64,000 bases of DNA from Rebecca billardiae RCC1528 (taxonomy: Eukaryota > Protista > Haptophyta). Shown here one piece after another: positions 1 through 13,238 of this stretch; position 1 is the first letter of the stretch, and every line of letters begins with the position of its first letter. The stretch lies in NCBI GenBank assembly GCA_965240325.2, contig OZ251226.1:620001-684000 (forward strand). Reading direction: 5' to 3'. The notes beneath the pieces are model-generated. The model saw only the letters and a list, made by a program, of their open reading frames with translations, searched no databases and was not told the origin of the DNA. Position numbers and translations under genes: made by a program.

Positions 1-237
1 CGCGGGCGCGAGCGCGCGGAGAGTTCTAGGATCCGACCCATGGTGTTGGGTGTACCTCGTGTGCGACAATGACGAGGCGGACGAGAGCCGCAACTGGATT
101 CCTGCACTCACCGGTCACCGAGGAGTGCAGGAATCGCGTTCCTCGCGCACGTGGGGGCCGCCATCGGCGGTGAGAGGTACACCCAACGGGGCGTGACACC
201 GATTCCCACTGGCGAGCAACGGTTTGTCGCCGTGACA

Positions 238-470
238 TACAGTTTACTAAGAATAAGAGACGCACACAGCTCAGGCAGGCGAGATTGACGCCCGCCAACT
301 GTCACCGCCCATGAAGCCGTCGCCGATGGTAGCGCCGCCGGAAAAAATCGTTCAGCCGTCCGCCTGCGAGGCCTGGACGAGGGCTGCGGCCGCCTCGCGG
401 CGCGCCAGCGCCCGTCGTCCTCGCCCCACCGTCGTCCACAAAACGTCGTCGTCCGAACTCGCCGACTGGG
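238..470. mobile_element. Repeat family A copy with a Tc1/mariner-like terminus (TA|CAGTTTACTAAGAATAAGAGACGCAC)
   Basis: Homologous to 17696-18016, 23643-23740 and 60671-60739. The terminus reads TA+CAGT; no partner TIR was found. Confidence 0.55.
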
Positions 471-1133
471 CGCCGATGTAGTAAATGGAATCTGGTAGAA
501 ATAAAACAGGCCCGAAGCGGACCGGCCCGCCCAAAGGGGCAGGCGCCCGTCACTGAGGCGGACGGGGTCACATATCGTCAGATGATGGGTCAGGCAGCCC
601 CGAACTCCCAGCCCCAGGGAGTTTGGGACTCCGGACTGCGGCCGAGATAGTAGTGCCGGATCGTGCCTCCGCCGGTACGTACGGGTAGATGCGGAAACTT
701 ACCCGCGCGACTCCTGTGGAACGGTGTCACCGAGCACTGGCGCCCAGTCTGACATGCAATGATGCAGATGACTCCGGACTTGGACCTCGACGGTCCCGGT
801 ACGACTACGTGTACCCACCGTCCGCACAGTTGCGGGCACAATATAATTATAGTATTATAATTATAACGCATATATTATTATTATTAATTTAATAATAAAA
901 AGATATATATATATATAGACACATCGGATGATTCGGAATAATCATCATCGGATCGGTCATCATCGGACTGCTAATGCTTAATGAGAGTGATCAGATACTG
1001 ATAGACGCGCCGCGGGGGCGGCGACTCGCGATAATAATATAGGCGCGGCAGTCATCAAGGCTGAGACGAGTTGCTGACGTACGAGTCACCGCGTGCGGCA
1101 CGAAGTAATAGTCATCGTCAGAGACATCAATGG

Positions 1134-4100
1134 TCAAGTAATCGCGGCGCTGAGCCTGGCGGCTCCGCCGCTGTGTCGGCTCAAATCGGCGCTGTCGGAG
1201 GGGCCGGGGTTGCCATCCTCAGAGTCGATCCGCGAGTTCCTCGCCGAGCTGACGGCCGAGCCCGAGGCAGCGCTCAGGCGCATGCGATCCCCACCAGCGT
1301 CGGCGGCCACGCCCGACTCGCCCCCTGCCCCGGCCTCCGCCTCCGCGGCGATGTCCTTCACCTCCTTGAGCAGGCGCATGCGCGCGACGTCCGCCGCCAT
1401 CAAGTTCGTGCGGTGCTCCGCCTCGCGCCGCTCGACGTCGTCCGCCATGCTGTTGCTCAGGTCGCTCGTGTGGTCGCGCTTGAACTTGGAGCGCCGGCTG
1501 GCGCTGCCGGAGGTGCGACCCGGCGACGTCCCGCCTGCCCTCCTCGACAGCCCCGGGCTCGGGTGCGCCGCGCTCGACGTGGATCGCGAGACAGGCGGTG
1601 TGACGGGCACGGCGGCCGTGCGCACGAGCGAGTTCCCGTTGGTGAGGAGGTGGAGCGTCGCCTCCGCGGCGAGTTGCTCGCAGAGTGTGTCGTACGCGTC
1701 CTGCAGGTCGATCAGGTCGTTGGTGCGCACGCGCAGCGCGTGCATGATCGCGGCGCGCGTCTGCTCGATCGCCGCGTGCTCGGAGAGCAACGTCGCGCCC
1801 TCCGCGCCCACGCCGCCACCGCCGCCCCCGAGCAGCGACGATGCCAGCTGCCGCCTGAGCGCGCCCGCATCCGCGTCGGACACGCTCGGCCCCGCCGCGT
1901 CCGAGCCCTCCTCGACCAGGAGCGTCGGGTGCACAGTGGCGGAGCGCTCTCCTCCGCCCTCCTCGCCGTCGCCCTCGGCGGCAAAGGTCACGCCGCCCGC
2001 CGCGCGCTTCGGCTGCGCCGGCCCGCGGCCGTCGCCGACCTCGTCGCTACTCACGGGCATCACGGCGTCGCCGGGCGCGCTGGCGGTGCCGCCGCCGTTC
2101 GGGCGCTCGGCCGCGGCGACCCCGGCCGCGCCATCCTCGCCCGTAGCGCCGGCCTCGCCGGCCGCGTCGTCCGGCTTGGAGGACCTGAGCAGGCCCTCTG
2201 CGCAGCTCCTGGAGCGCTGAGGCGAGACAGCGTCGGCCGCGCTCGCACGGCTGCCACGACTGCCGCCGCCGGACGTCACCGCCCGGCTGATCCGCTTCAG
2301 GGGCCCACTCACTGGCAGCCCGCCGGTGCTCAAGCGCGCGCCCGACTTTGCGCGCGTGACCGCTGAGTTCACGGCCGTGCCCGCCAGCTCGACCGCGCGC
2401 GAGACGGGCGCGGGCACGTGCGAGCGCTGCTCGACGCGAATCGCCGCCTGCACGAGTCGCTCCTGCTCGGCGACCTCCTCGGGGTCTTTCGCCTTGCTCC
2501 GCAGCTGCGAGATGCGCGCGTACGCCTGCGCACGCACGGGCATGGGGGGCACGCGCGCCCAGACCGAATCAGCCGCCGCGGCGGGCTTGCCGGGCGCAGG
2601 TGCGCGCTCGAAGGCGGGGGCGCGGATGGGGCGTGGCGGCAGACGGCGGACGGCGGGGCCGCTGGCGAGCGCGTGCGCGCGCGCGTAGCGGGTCGCTCGC
2701 CCTCCCCGCGCACACGCACCTTGTCTGAGATCGCCTTGACGTACTCGGGGAAGTTCGAGGAGACTTCGTCGAACGCGTTGCTCGTGAGCTTGAGCACGGT
2801 GCTCGTCTCGACCGCCCACACGTTGACCGTGCGCGGCTGGCGCGTGAGCAGCGCAATCTCTCCAAAGTAAGAGCCCGCCTGGAGCGCGGCGACGATCATG
2901 CCCGTCTTGAGGCTCACGACGAGCGTGCCCTGAGCGGCGCACGGCCGGGCGCGGGGCACGGCAGCGCGCGCAGCGCGACCGATCGATCGGCGTGCGTGAG
3001 GGGCGGCGGCGCGCGCGCCTGCGGGTCCGAGTGGCCGGTCCGCTCGGCGCGCTGCCGGCCGCGCGCGCGCGAGCGCGCGCGCGCGCAGCTCGGTCGCACG
3101 GGCGTGCGCGGCGGGGCGGGCGCACCTTGGAGACGAAGTACATGCAGTCGCTCAGGTCCTCCATCACCATGATGTGGTCGTACTGCACCACCACCTCGGG
3201 CGTCATCCGCAGCACGAGCGCGCGGATGAAGTTGAACGACGCGTTCTCAAAGAGGGGCACGTCCTTGATCAGGTTGGCGTGGATGTGCACCTGCACCTCT
3301 GAGCTCGGGCGCGCGCGGGCGCGGGGCGGGCGGGGCGGGCGCGCGGGTGAGACGCGCGCGCCACGCGCCGACGCGCCGACGCGCCGACGCGCCGACGCGG
3401 CCGTGGCGCGCGCGGCACGGCGCGCGTCGGGGGCGTGCGCCTGCCGCACCTGTGGAGACGTGCTCGGGCAGCCCGAGGCCTGAGACGTCGATGTCGCCGC
3501 CCGCCTGCGCGAGCGTGCGCGTGTACTTGAGGATCTTCGTCTTGAGCGGCCCCTCGATCTGGTAGTGCGAGATGAACGACGACGCGTTCTCCAGCTTCGC
3601 CTCGAGCAGGATCTGCGAGACCAGCAGCTTCTTCACAATCTCGAAGACCATGCCGAACACAAACGCGTAGAACACCGAGCCGATGATGAGCAGCACGATG
3701 CCGACCTCGCGCTCGAAGACGGTGGAGGGCGTGACGTCGCCGAAGCCCACCGTCGTCATCATCGTGATCGCGAAGTACAGCGCCGTCACGTACACCTCGC
3801 TGTACGTCTCGGCGGAGGGGACGATGCCCTGCACGGCGATCCAGCCGCCGCTCGCCGTCGCCATCGCCGCGTACACAAAGACGATCGCGCTCCAGTGCGC
3901 GAGGATGGTGAAGATGCCGACGATGTTGACCAGCCGGAGCACGACGGGCATGTACAGCGTGAGCAGCAGCCGCTCGATCCGGACCATGCGCATGATGATC
4001 AGGCTCATCGACATGGTCGCGCCCGGCGAGCCCGCCCAGTGCAAGAACTGGTAGATGGGCAGCGCGGACACGAGGTCGAGCACGAGGAAGTTGGAGGCGT

Positions 4101-4767
4101 AGCTGCGGATCACCTCCTCGCGGTCGCGCCGGATCGAGCCGTACGGGCCGAACGCCGAGGTGTTCATCTGCACCAGCACGTCCAGGCAGTAGAAGACCGT
4201 CGACACGTGCAGCAGCACGTCGCACACGCGCACGGTGAGCGGCCACGCGCCCACAAACACAGACGAGCGGAGCAGCATGCTGAACGGCGCCCACACGACG
4301 GAGAAGACGCCCCACGCGATGATCACGCAGTGCCACAGCTGAAGTAGCGACGAGTTCCGGTCGATCATGTACTTGGACGGCGGCTTTATGTGCGCGATCC
4401 GCATCGCGGCGACGCTCAGGCGCGTGGGCGCCGTGGGCGTGTCCGTTGCCGTCGCAAAGTGCTCGCGCAGCTCGCCGTTGGGCACGCCCCACGGGTTGGC
4501 CAGCATCGCGATCTTCGAGTCGGAGCTGGCGGAGACCGTCGTCGTCGCGCGGTTGTAGCCGGGCTTCGGCGACTCGGGCAAGATCGTCGTCTTGCGGATC
4601 GGCTGTTGTTGCCGCGCCGTTCGGTGCGAGCCACTGCTCGAGCCGCCGAGTGCGCCAATCCCGGCGGGGTTGACGAAGGACGAGTTGGACTCGTTGCAAC
4701 CGGTGACGCTCGAGCCCCCCGCACCCTCATCTGGGCGCCCCCCCGCATCTGCGCGTGCGTCCGCCAT
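1134..4767 (-). CDS. Cyclic-nucleotide-gated/EAG-like 6TM potassium channel, 4 exons (4767-3450, 3298-3126, 2929-2720, 2525-1134)
   Basis: S4 segment MRMVRIERL, pore TTVGFGD, cNMP-binding cassette GSYFGEIALL..PRT. GT-AG introns 3299-3449, 2930-3125 and 2526-2719 join the ORF pieces in frame. Confidence 0.9.
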
Positions 4768-5175
4768 CGCGGCGCCGACGGTTCGGCTGGAGAGCTGGAG
4801 AAGCAATCCACTCCACGGTCGCCCAGGCGCCCGCCCTCTTGAGTATCGTATCTCCGGGACGTAGCGTTGCGAGAACTCATCAATCCCGCGAGTTTTGAGG
4901 TAACGTTCGTCGCTACCGCCCTTGAAGCAAGGCCCTTGCTTGAAGCGACCGTCAACTCATTATTATTGGAGTTTGCTTAGAAGTCTTATAATTGATAAGG
5001 CTTGGCTCAGGCAACCGAATATGGGCGACCAGACGATCTTCGTCCTTTGGACGTATTCCCGGTGACCTGTTCATATTGACTTTATACCCACCAGTTACCC
5101 GCGACGGTTAATGCGCTTTGTTTTTGCGGATGGAAATTATTACTGCCGGGATAATTCGGACGTTGGGCCGACAAT

Positions 5176-6138
5176 ATGGCCACTCTGGACCCGCATCACG
5201 TGCGCCGCGTGACGCAGACAGGCGGACCGCAGAAGCAGGTGCTGTGGGTGCGCCACGGCCAGTCGATCGCGGACGACCAGAGGTCTGTGACGGACCCGGA
5301 AAGCTCAGACCCGCGCTGGCTGGACGCTCAGCTCTCACCGCTCGGCCGCAAGCAGGCGAGTAGTTGGGCGGGCGTCGCCCCAACGTGGAAGGTCCAGGAG
5401 GTGCTCTGCTCACCGCTCACAAGAGCGCTGGAGTCGGCATGCCGCGTCTTCTCCCACACGAGTGTCGACATACACGTCACACCGCGCGCGCGCGAGGGCT
5501 GGTGGTTCTCCACCGAGAACCGCGGCCGATTGCGATCGGGGCTCGAGGCGGGGACTGAGTCTGGCGATGGCGGCTCGCCGCATTGGACACCGCTGCACGA
5601 GCTGCCTGGTGCGCATAAGCTGCGCGGGCTCGAGAGAGTCGAGGCGCCCGTCCCCGGCGAGTGGGACCCGCTGGGCGAGGAAGAGCGCGCCGCGGACGAG
5701 GACGGCCTCTTCTCGGACTGGCGGCGAGGGCTCGAGGAGCTCAAGCTCGAGCTGCTGCACTCGAGCGCGTCGCGCATCGCCGTGGTCACGCACTGGGGCG
5801 TGATCGAGGCACTGACCGGCGTCGGCTGTGCCAACGGCTCCATCGTCCCCACGCTCGTGCAGTCGAGCGGTGATGCCAAGGCCTGGCAGTGTACGGTGTG
5901 CGGGCCCATCATGGAACACCCGCCCTTAGGTGTGCGCACGCGCACATGGCGTGCGCGTCATCACACACCACGGTTCCGCACGCGCGCCCCGCCGAACCGT
6001 CCTCCCACACCCCCTCTGCACTCGCGCGCGCGGCCGGCATCGCCTCCAGGCATATCTGCCTACGACCAGGTCGAGCATCTGAGCACACCCGCCTCCCCCA
6101 TGGGCATGGGCTCTTCGCCCGGGGAGGCCTTCAGCTGA
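5176..6138 (+). CDS. Histidine phosphatase / phosphoglycerate mutase family protein
   Basis: Motifs VRHGQS, SPLTRALES and VVTHWG; probable in-frame intron at 5930-6049. Confidence 0.85.
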   Translation: MATLDPHHVRRVTQTGGPQKQVLWVRHGQSIADDQRSVTDPESSDPRWLDAQLSPLGRKQASSWAGVAPTWKVQEVLCSPLTRALESACRVFSHTSVDIHVTPRAREGWWFSTENRGRLRSGLEAGTESGDGGSPHWTPLHELPGAHKLRGLERVEAPVPGEWDPLGEEERAADEDGLFSDWRRGLEELKLELLHSSASRIAVVTHWGVIEALTGVGCANGSIVPTLVQSSGDAKAWQCTVCGPIMEHPPLGVRTRTWRARHHTPRFRTRAPPNRPPTPPLHSRARPASPPGISAYDQVEHLSTPASPMGMGSSPGEAFS

Positions 6139-6608
6139 GCGCTGAGCAGCGACCCGCGCAGCGGCGCACGCGCAGCACTCCGAGCAGGCAGCTAGCTTTA
6201 ATAGCTGCGCACTTCCGAAGTTGCTTCAGTGCGACTCGAATATCATCGCCGTAGGCCACTGCTAGTCCGACTGGTGGCATCAGCGCGCAATAACTTTACG
6301 ACATGCGCTGCACAGGTGCGCAAGCTGAGCCCGGTGATGACGTCACCGAGTCTGTCCGAGACGCACGTACTTATCTGTTATCACGGAGTGTACGGCGGAC
6401 GACCGAGTCTGTGACCGATGATGCATCACTCGCAATCAGTGATGAATAAGTGAATCAGCGTCGTCATCAGACTCATCCGTGACTGCGCTTCTGATGAGTG
6501 AGTTGACCGCCACGGTGAGATCGAGATTAGTAGAGTCTCGGCGTCGCAACGATGTGAACGTCGTCCGTCTCGAACCCTCCGAGTCGGACGAGTTGAATCA
6601 GCAGACAA

Positions 6609-9141
6609 TCAGCTCGAGGACGAGGGCGATTCGTCAGGGGGCGGCTTCGTGAGCCATTGGCGCTGCTCCTCGCGCGCGACGAGCGCGCACAGCTCGTCGA
6701 GCATCTGCAGCGCCGTCGCCACCGCCTTGGCCTCGTCCGCGCCCTCGAGCGTGTTGGTCGTCCACGCCAGGCCGCCGTCGAGCAGCTCGACGAGCGCCCC
6801 GCACGCGCGCTGCACGTACCGCGCGCCGGGCGCGACGGGAGAGCCCGATTCGCCGAGGCGCTCGAGCACAAAGTCGAAGCGGCCGCCGACAGCGCACAGC
6901 GCGCGCGCGGCGAGCTCGCGCACGGCGGCCGAGCACGGGATCGAGAAGTGCGGCGAGAAGGGCCCGCCGATCGCGCGCCCGCTCGCGCCATCCGTCTCAC
7001 GCGCGATCGGCAGCTGCATCACGCGCAGCCCTGCGTGCCGCGCGCGCCGCCGGAGCAGCGCGAGCAGCTCCTCGACCGCCACGCCCACCGACACGCGCCA
7101 CTTGAGGGTGAAGCGCCAGGCGCGGCGCGCGTGCGCGACGGAGTCCATCTCGACGACCGTGGTGAGCGCACGCTTGCCCGCCCCGGCGGAGCGCACGCGC
7201 TCGCTCAGCACCGGCGGCTCGCGCGGCGGCGGGCGCGCGGCCGCGCGGCCGGCGCCCACGCCCTCCGCGCGCGCGCCGCCGCTCGCTGGCTTGGCGCCCG
7301 GCCCTCCGCCCGCGGCCGGCTCCGCGTCCGCGTCCGCGCCCACAGCAGGCAGCTCGCTGTCCGCGCGCGCGTCGGCCGGCCCGCGCAGCCGCACGCGCGC
7401 GATGCAGGCGACGCGCGGCGCGACGGCGCGCGCGAACCGGCGGAACGCGTCGATGTCGAGCGCGATCGCCGCTTCCTCCGAGCGGCCGCCCAGAGCGTCG
7501 GCGTCGGCGTCGTCAGCCTGCTCAGCCGCCTCGCCCGCCGCCGCGCCGGCCGCGCCCGCCGCGCCGCCGCCACTTCGGCCCGCGCCCGCGGGCGTGCAGC
7601 TACTGGCGTCAGACTCGGCGCCGAGCAGCGACTGGGCCGCTGGCGTGGCGAGGGGCGAGCTGGCGTGCGGCGTGGCGTCGTCGGCCGTGCGCCCGAGCAC
7701 GCCGTGTCGGCCCTGCGGCGGCGTCTGCGGCAGGCCTGGCGTATCCGGCCTGGCTAGCTCAGAGCCCGCGCCGCCGCCGCCGCCGCCCGCGCGAGCCGCC
7801 AGCGCGCCGCCGCCGCCGCCGCCGCTCGCGTGCACGTCCGGCCGGCTGAAGAGGCAGAAGGACACGCGCCGGTACTGCATCCACTCGAGCAGCACGTGCC
7901 CGTCCCAGATCCCGCCGGCGACCATGAAGTCGAGGTGGTTCCAGTTGAACGCGGCGGGCTGCACGCCCACGCGCGCGCTCGCCATGAACGACGTCGCGAC
8001 CTCTGCGTACCCGCGGTGCCGCGCGCCCCACACGAGGTAGCGGTACGGCACGACCGGCGTCTCGAGCCGCGCCTTGCGCCGCTGCCAGATCTTCACCTCG
8101 ATGGTCTGGTCGTCCATGCGCGTGAGCAGGTGGAAGCTGTGCCCCATACACAGGTAGCACGCCGAGCGCGGGTCGGCGGATGACCGCTGCGCGTGCGGCA
8201 GCTGCGACAGGAGCCCGCCGCCATCCAGCAGGCTGCCGCCTCCATGGCTGCGGCGCGCGAGGCCCGGGGTGGCGGCCGCGCCGCTCGCGCCGCCGTCCAG
8301 CGGCAGCGCGCAGTGCGGCAGCGCGCCCGCACCGGCGGGCACGCCGCCGCCGACCGTCGCGGTCGACGCGACGCGCGGCAGCGGCGCCGAGCCGTGCGGC
8401 TCGATCATCTGAAAGTCCTGCTCGAGGCGCTGGCAGATCAGCTCGTCCATCAGCCGCAGGGACGCGTCCTCGCCGTCGCCCGCCGGCGCGGGCGCGAACA
8501 GCTGGTAGATGGTCATGTCGTAGTGCCGGTCCTTGTCCAGCTCGGTGGGCGGCACGTCGTCGGTGGCGAGCGGCAGCAGTGCGGGCTCGCACAGCGACAT
8601 CCACATGCGCTGCTCAGGGCGGTACAGGGTGGAGTTCACGACGTGCAGCCACTGCCGCGCGGAGATGGCGCGCGCGCCCGGCGCGGGCACGAGCCGCGCC
8701 GCCGGCGCCGGGTGCCTCGCAAACGGGTTGTCTGTGAGCGCGCCGCGCAGGGCGCTCAGCGCGTGCGCGGCGCTCGCGCCGTGCGCGTGCGCGCCGCCGG
8801 GCGGGCCGAGCCCGAGCCCGAGCGTGGACGCGGACGCGCCCACGGCGCCGCCCATCCCGCCGCCGACCCAGCTGCTCGCGCCGGCCACCTCGGACCCAGC
8901 GGCGCAGCCCTCCTCCCAGTGCGGAGTGCCGCCGCTCGGCGCGTGCGGCGCGTGCGCACAGGCAGAGGGCAGCCCGTCCCCGCCGGCTGCGAGCGCGCCC
9001 ATCGGCGACCTGCCTGCGCACGCGTCCGCGCACGGCCCGGCGCGCGGAGAGAGGCGCGGCGAGTACCGGCCGCAGCGCGCGCCGATGATCGCGACGGGCA
9101 TCGCGGCGGACGCGCCGGGCGCGCAGACAGCTGAGCCGAGC

Positions 9142-9174
<33 letters not shown>

Positions 9175-11516
9175 AACGTGCCCGCGCCCGCGCAGCCGCC
9201 CAGCACGTGCGCGCCGTGCGCGCCGTGCCGATCAGGCGTGAGCGAGAAGCTGCCGCCGAGCCGAGCGGTGGAGGCGGAGGGCAGAAGCAGCGGCGAGCCG
9301 CTGGGAGGCGGCGGGATCGAGCCGCCCCCGAGCGCGCCTGCGTGCGGCCCGGCGTGGGGGCCGCAGCCAGCGCCGGCCGCGGCCGCGTGTGCCGCCGTCG
9401 GGCTGTGGAGCGGAGACAGCCGCCCGCTGCCGCCGCTGAAGCTGAGCCCGAGGATTGGCGGCGGCAGGGCCGGCTCTACCGGCACTGGCGACGTGCCCGG
9501 GGAGGAGGTGGGCGAGGCCGAGCGACTGCGCAGGCTCGCGTGGCTCAGCTGGCTCTGGTACGAGCCGACCAGCCGCTCGTCGCGCGTGTCGCGCACGCCC
9601 TGCGGCGCGTGGCCCATCATCATCGTACCCACGTTACCCACGTGTAGGAGCGAGACACCGACGGCGCCTGAGCCGCCGAGGCCGCCTGAGTACGTGTGGG
9701 GGATGCCTCGGCGCGCGACGGGCGAGGCGGCGACGCGCACGTCGAGGGCCGAGCGGTCGAGCGTGAGCGCCGCCTCCGCTGCCGCCGGGGACGGCGCGGC
9801 CGACGCGCTGCGCGGCGCCGGGCGCAGCCGACCCTCCCTCCGCGCAGCGCTCGCCGCTGCGACCGCTGCGACCGTGGACTCGGCGCGCGAGCCGCCGCCG
9901 TCGGCAGCGGCGTCGCGCACCGCGCACACGGCTCGCGAGCGCGCCGGGTCGGGCGAGGGCGCCTCGGTGTACATGCAGTTGAGCCACTCGGGCGAGCGCC
10001 ACACCAGCCCGCCCCCGGCCGGGGGTGTGCCCGGAGGCGTGGCGGAGGGGCCGCCGCCGTCGACGCCGCCTGGCGCGCCCGCGGCGCGCGGCGTGGTGAG
10101 CAGCAGAGGCACAGTGTGGCGCGGCGGCCGGCCGAGGCAGACGAGGTCGCAGCCGATGCCTGTGTCCTCCATTCGCGCGTTGGTCACGTCGAGCAGCTCG
10201 CGCCCGCACTCGAACACCCCCGCCGACGGCGAGATCACCACCACCTGCTGCCCCGTCTTGCTCAGCTCCCGGTTCAGATGCGGCTCGTCGAGCGCGCTCA
10301 GTGCGAGGTTGATGGCTTCGATCAGGTTGCCGCGCGCGGCGGGCGCAAAGGCGGAGAGCCCGACCTCGCCGCGCGTGCGCGGCAGCGAGGGCTCGGCTCG
10401 GGCGGCGGAGGGCGCGGGGTCACCGCACGCCGCATCCGCACGCGCTGCGAGCGGCTCGCCGGACGCGCGGCTCGCGCAGCGCTGGGCGGTCGAGGCGTCG
10501 GCGCCGGCGCCGCCCGCCGGCGCTCCTCCAGCGGGGCCTCGTCTCGGCGGCGGCGCCGCGCGGAGCGGGAGGCTGAGCTCGCGCCAGCCCGCGCACCGGC
10601 GGAAGCGGTTCATCTCCTCCTTGAGGGTGCGCACGAGCGGCGACCAGTCCGCCAGCGTGAGCCGCTCGCACACGACTTTGTACACGTCGCTCGGCTCGGC
10701 GCCGGCCGCGCCGCCACCCGCACCGCTACCCGCGCCGCCGTCCGCACCACCGGTGCCCGCGTGCGCGCCGCCGCCTGCGGTCGGCTTCGCGCGCGGCGTG
10801 CGGGGCTCCGCGCCGGCGGGCAGGGTACGCGAGAAGAGCACGAGCGTGAGCGCGTGCGTCACCGCGCGCCGCGTCCACTCCTCCAGCAGCCGCGCGACGA
10901 AGCCGACGGTCCTGTCTGCGTAAGGCTCGCCGTTGTCCGCAGAGAGCCACATCTCCCGCGACATCTGGATCAGGCAGACAAAGTGCTGCGAGCGCGAGCG
11001 GAAGACGAGCTTGGTGCGCTTGGCGATCAGGCCGCAGAGGCACGGCTCGCCCCGCATCGTGAGCCGCTGCACCTGCACGCGGAGCCCGCCGTGCGAGATC
11101 AGCTTGCCCACGTGCGCGCTCGCGCTCACGAGCGCGCGCTGCAGGTGCCAGATCTCGGAGCGCGAGATGTACTGCTCCTTGACGGAGAGCTCGACGAAGT
11201 CGAGCGAGGCCTCGTCGAGCGAGGAGAGGCGGTACACAACGACCTGGCTGCGCGCCTTGAGGCCGAAGAGGTCGGCGATCGCCTTGGCGACCGAGACGGC
11301 CGCGCCGGGCGCGATCAGGTCCTTAGCGATCGAGCTGGTGGCGACGGGCAGCACCAGGCGGCCGCCGGGCGGGTACTCGTCGTCGGGCGGCAGCAGCTCG
11401 ATGACATCGCCCGGACGGCAGTCGGGCAGGAGCTCCGGGTTGAGCAGGAGCTCCTCCGTGCTCACGTCGGGCACATGGATGTGCAGCCGCACCGGCTGGC
11501 AGCGCGGCGCAGCCAT
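6609..11516 (-). CDS. DEPDC5: GATOR1 subunit DEPDC5/IML1 homologue with long low-complexity inserts
   Basis: Motifs FRSRSQHFVCLIQMSREMW, GNLIEAINLAL, KTGQQVVVISP..GVF, DLVCLGRPPRHTVPL, LCEPALLPL and ELICQRL.QDFQ. Confidence 0.9.
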
Positions 11517-11846
11517 GCTGGTGGGGAGGACGATATTGTTGGCGCGCCATCATCGCTTTCTTTCGAAAATGAGTCGCCAAGGAAATCTCCTGGTCCGGTA
11601 GCTTCGCGCCACAAGCCGACTGCCCACCGCCTGCGCCTCGCGCACGCACGTCGTGACTCGTGAGCACCTCGCGACTCTTCCGGGATCTCCAGATCAAGCC
11701 GGTTTGAGGTTGAGCAGCTCTTGCTGTGAACAGCCCAAGCTTCCGGACAGCGCGGCCCGCCGCAGCGACGCACGCTTCAACGCGCAGCGCTCCCGCCGCA
11801 CCCCCACTTTCCGCGCTCGGCGCGCGCGTCAAGGAGCGATCGCGCG

Positions 11847-13238
11847 ATGCCGATCGGCAAGCTGCCTGTGATGCCCGAGCGGAAGCCGGCGCCCAAGTCA
11901 CCCGCCAAGATGGGCACACACGTGGACTACACCACCGCCTTCGCGATGTCGATGACGGCGGGGGCGGCGCGGGGCGTGACAAGCGAACGGCGCGGCTCCA
12001 TCTCGGAGGCTGCGCCGGGGGCGGAGCCGCCCAAGCCGAAGTACAAGTCAACGGGCGGTGGTGTGGACTATCTGACCAACTTCTTCAAGACGCTCAACCA
12101 AGGCTCGTCCGAGGGTTCGGGGCCGGCCTCGCGCGGCAACAGGCTCTACTCGCAGAAGCCTGTCGGCTCGGCCACGGACGCATTCACCGCGTTCGCGACC
12201 TCGGTGACGAAGCAGACGCACGCGTCCACGACGGCGCCCAAGCTGTACGATCAGAAGCAGGCGCTGGCCAAGAACCCGCTGAACACCGCCAACGACGCAT
12301 TCACCATGTTTGCGACGACCGTGAAGGAGAAGACAACCGGCGGGCACACCTCGTCGATCAAGGGCAAGGTGTACGACCAGAAGCCGGCGTTCGCCAAGCA
12401 GGGGTCGACGGGGGCGGGCGTCGACGCGTTCACGGCGTTCGCCATGGAGCAGCAGAAGGCGCTGGTGGGCTCCCCGCCGCCCTCGCACCGCGAGGAGAGC
12501 GTGGCCGAAGCGGACGCGGCGGCGCCGGCAGTCGCCGCGGCGCCGGCAGCAGCGGCCACAGCGGCAGCGGCCGACTCAAGCGGCAAGGCCGAGGCGCCGT
12601 CGCCCGGCAGTGGCGCCGCGGCGGCGTCGCCCAGCCCGCCACAGGCCGCCACCGCGCCCGTCGCGACCGAGTCTCCGGCCGCGCCGAAGCCCGCCGCGGC
12701 CGCGCCCGCCGCGGCCACGCCCGCGCCGCCCGCCGCGGCCGCGCCCGCGCCGCCTGCCGCGGCCGCGCCCGCGCCGCCTGCCGCGCTCGCTGAGGGCGAG
12801 CTCTCGGAGGAGGCGCTGATGAAGCTGAGCGTCGAGGAGCGCGCCGCGTACGAGCGGAAGCGGGTCAAGAAGGGCGGCGCAGGCCTCGTGTTCGACCCGT
12901 CCGAGGTCGCGGAGGACGGCGGCGACGCGACGCTCGACGACTTCTTCGGCGCGCTCGGCTTGGATGGCGGCGGCGGCCCCGCGGAGGACGACGTGGCGCC
13001 GGCGCCCGCGAGCGAAGCGGTGCCCGCCGGATCGGGCGGCGCTGCGAACGGGCCGAGCGCGGCAGCTACCGCCGCACCCGCCGCGGCTGACGAGGAGGAG
13101 GAGGAGGAGGAGGACGCACAGGAGGCGGACGAGGGCGACGCGGGCGCGAACGGCGCCGGGGGTGCCAGCGCGGCAAACGGCACTGCGGGCGCGTCCAAGT
13201 CCAAGAAAAAGCGCCGCGGGGGGAACAAGAAGAAGTGA
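11847..13238 (+). CDS. Hypothetical low-complexity protein with a repeated YxQK...DAFTxFA motif, a Pro/Ala linker and an acidic then basic tail
   Basis: 463-aa ATG-initiated ORF with coding-like GC3 bias; internal protein-level repeats; C-terminal NLS-like KSKKKRRG. Confidence 0.75.
   Translation: MPIGKLPVMPERKPAPKSPAKMGTHVDYTTAFAMSMTAGAARGVTSERRGSISEAAPGAEPPKPKYKSTGGGVDYLTNFFKTLNQGSSEGSGPASRGNRLYSQKPVGSATDAFTAFATSVTKQTHASTTAPKLYDQKQALAKNPLNTANDAFTMFATTVKEKTTGGHTSSIKGKVYDQKPAFAKQGSTGAGVDAFTAFAMEQQKALVGSPPPSHREESVAEADAAAPAVAAAPAAAATAAAADSSGKAEAPSPGSGAAAASPSPPQAATAPVATESPAAPKPAAAAPAAATPAPPAAAAPAPPAAAAPAPPAALAEGELSEEALMKLSVEERAAYERKRVKKGGAGLVFDPSEVAEDGGDATLDDFFGALGLDGGGGPAEDDVAPAPASEAVPAGSGGAANGPSAAATAAPAAADEEEEEEEDAQEADEGDAGANGAGGASAANGTAGASKSKKKRRGGNKKK

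Noticed and set aside
598-706. Two small stem-loops as a structured ncRNA
   Set aside because: Short GC-rich stems with no recognisable family or second copy.
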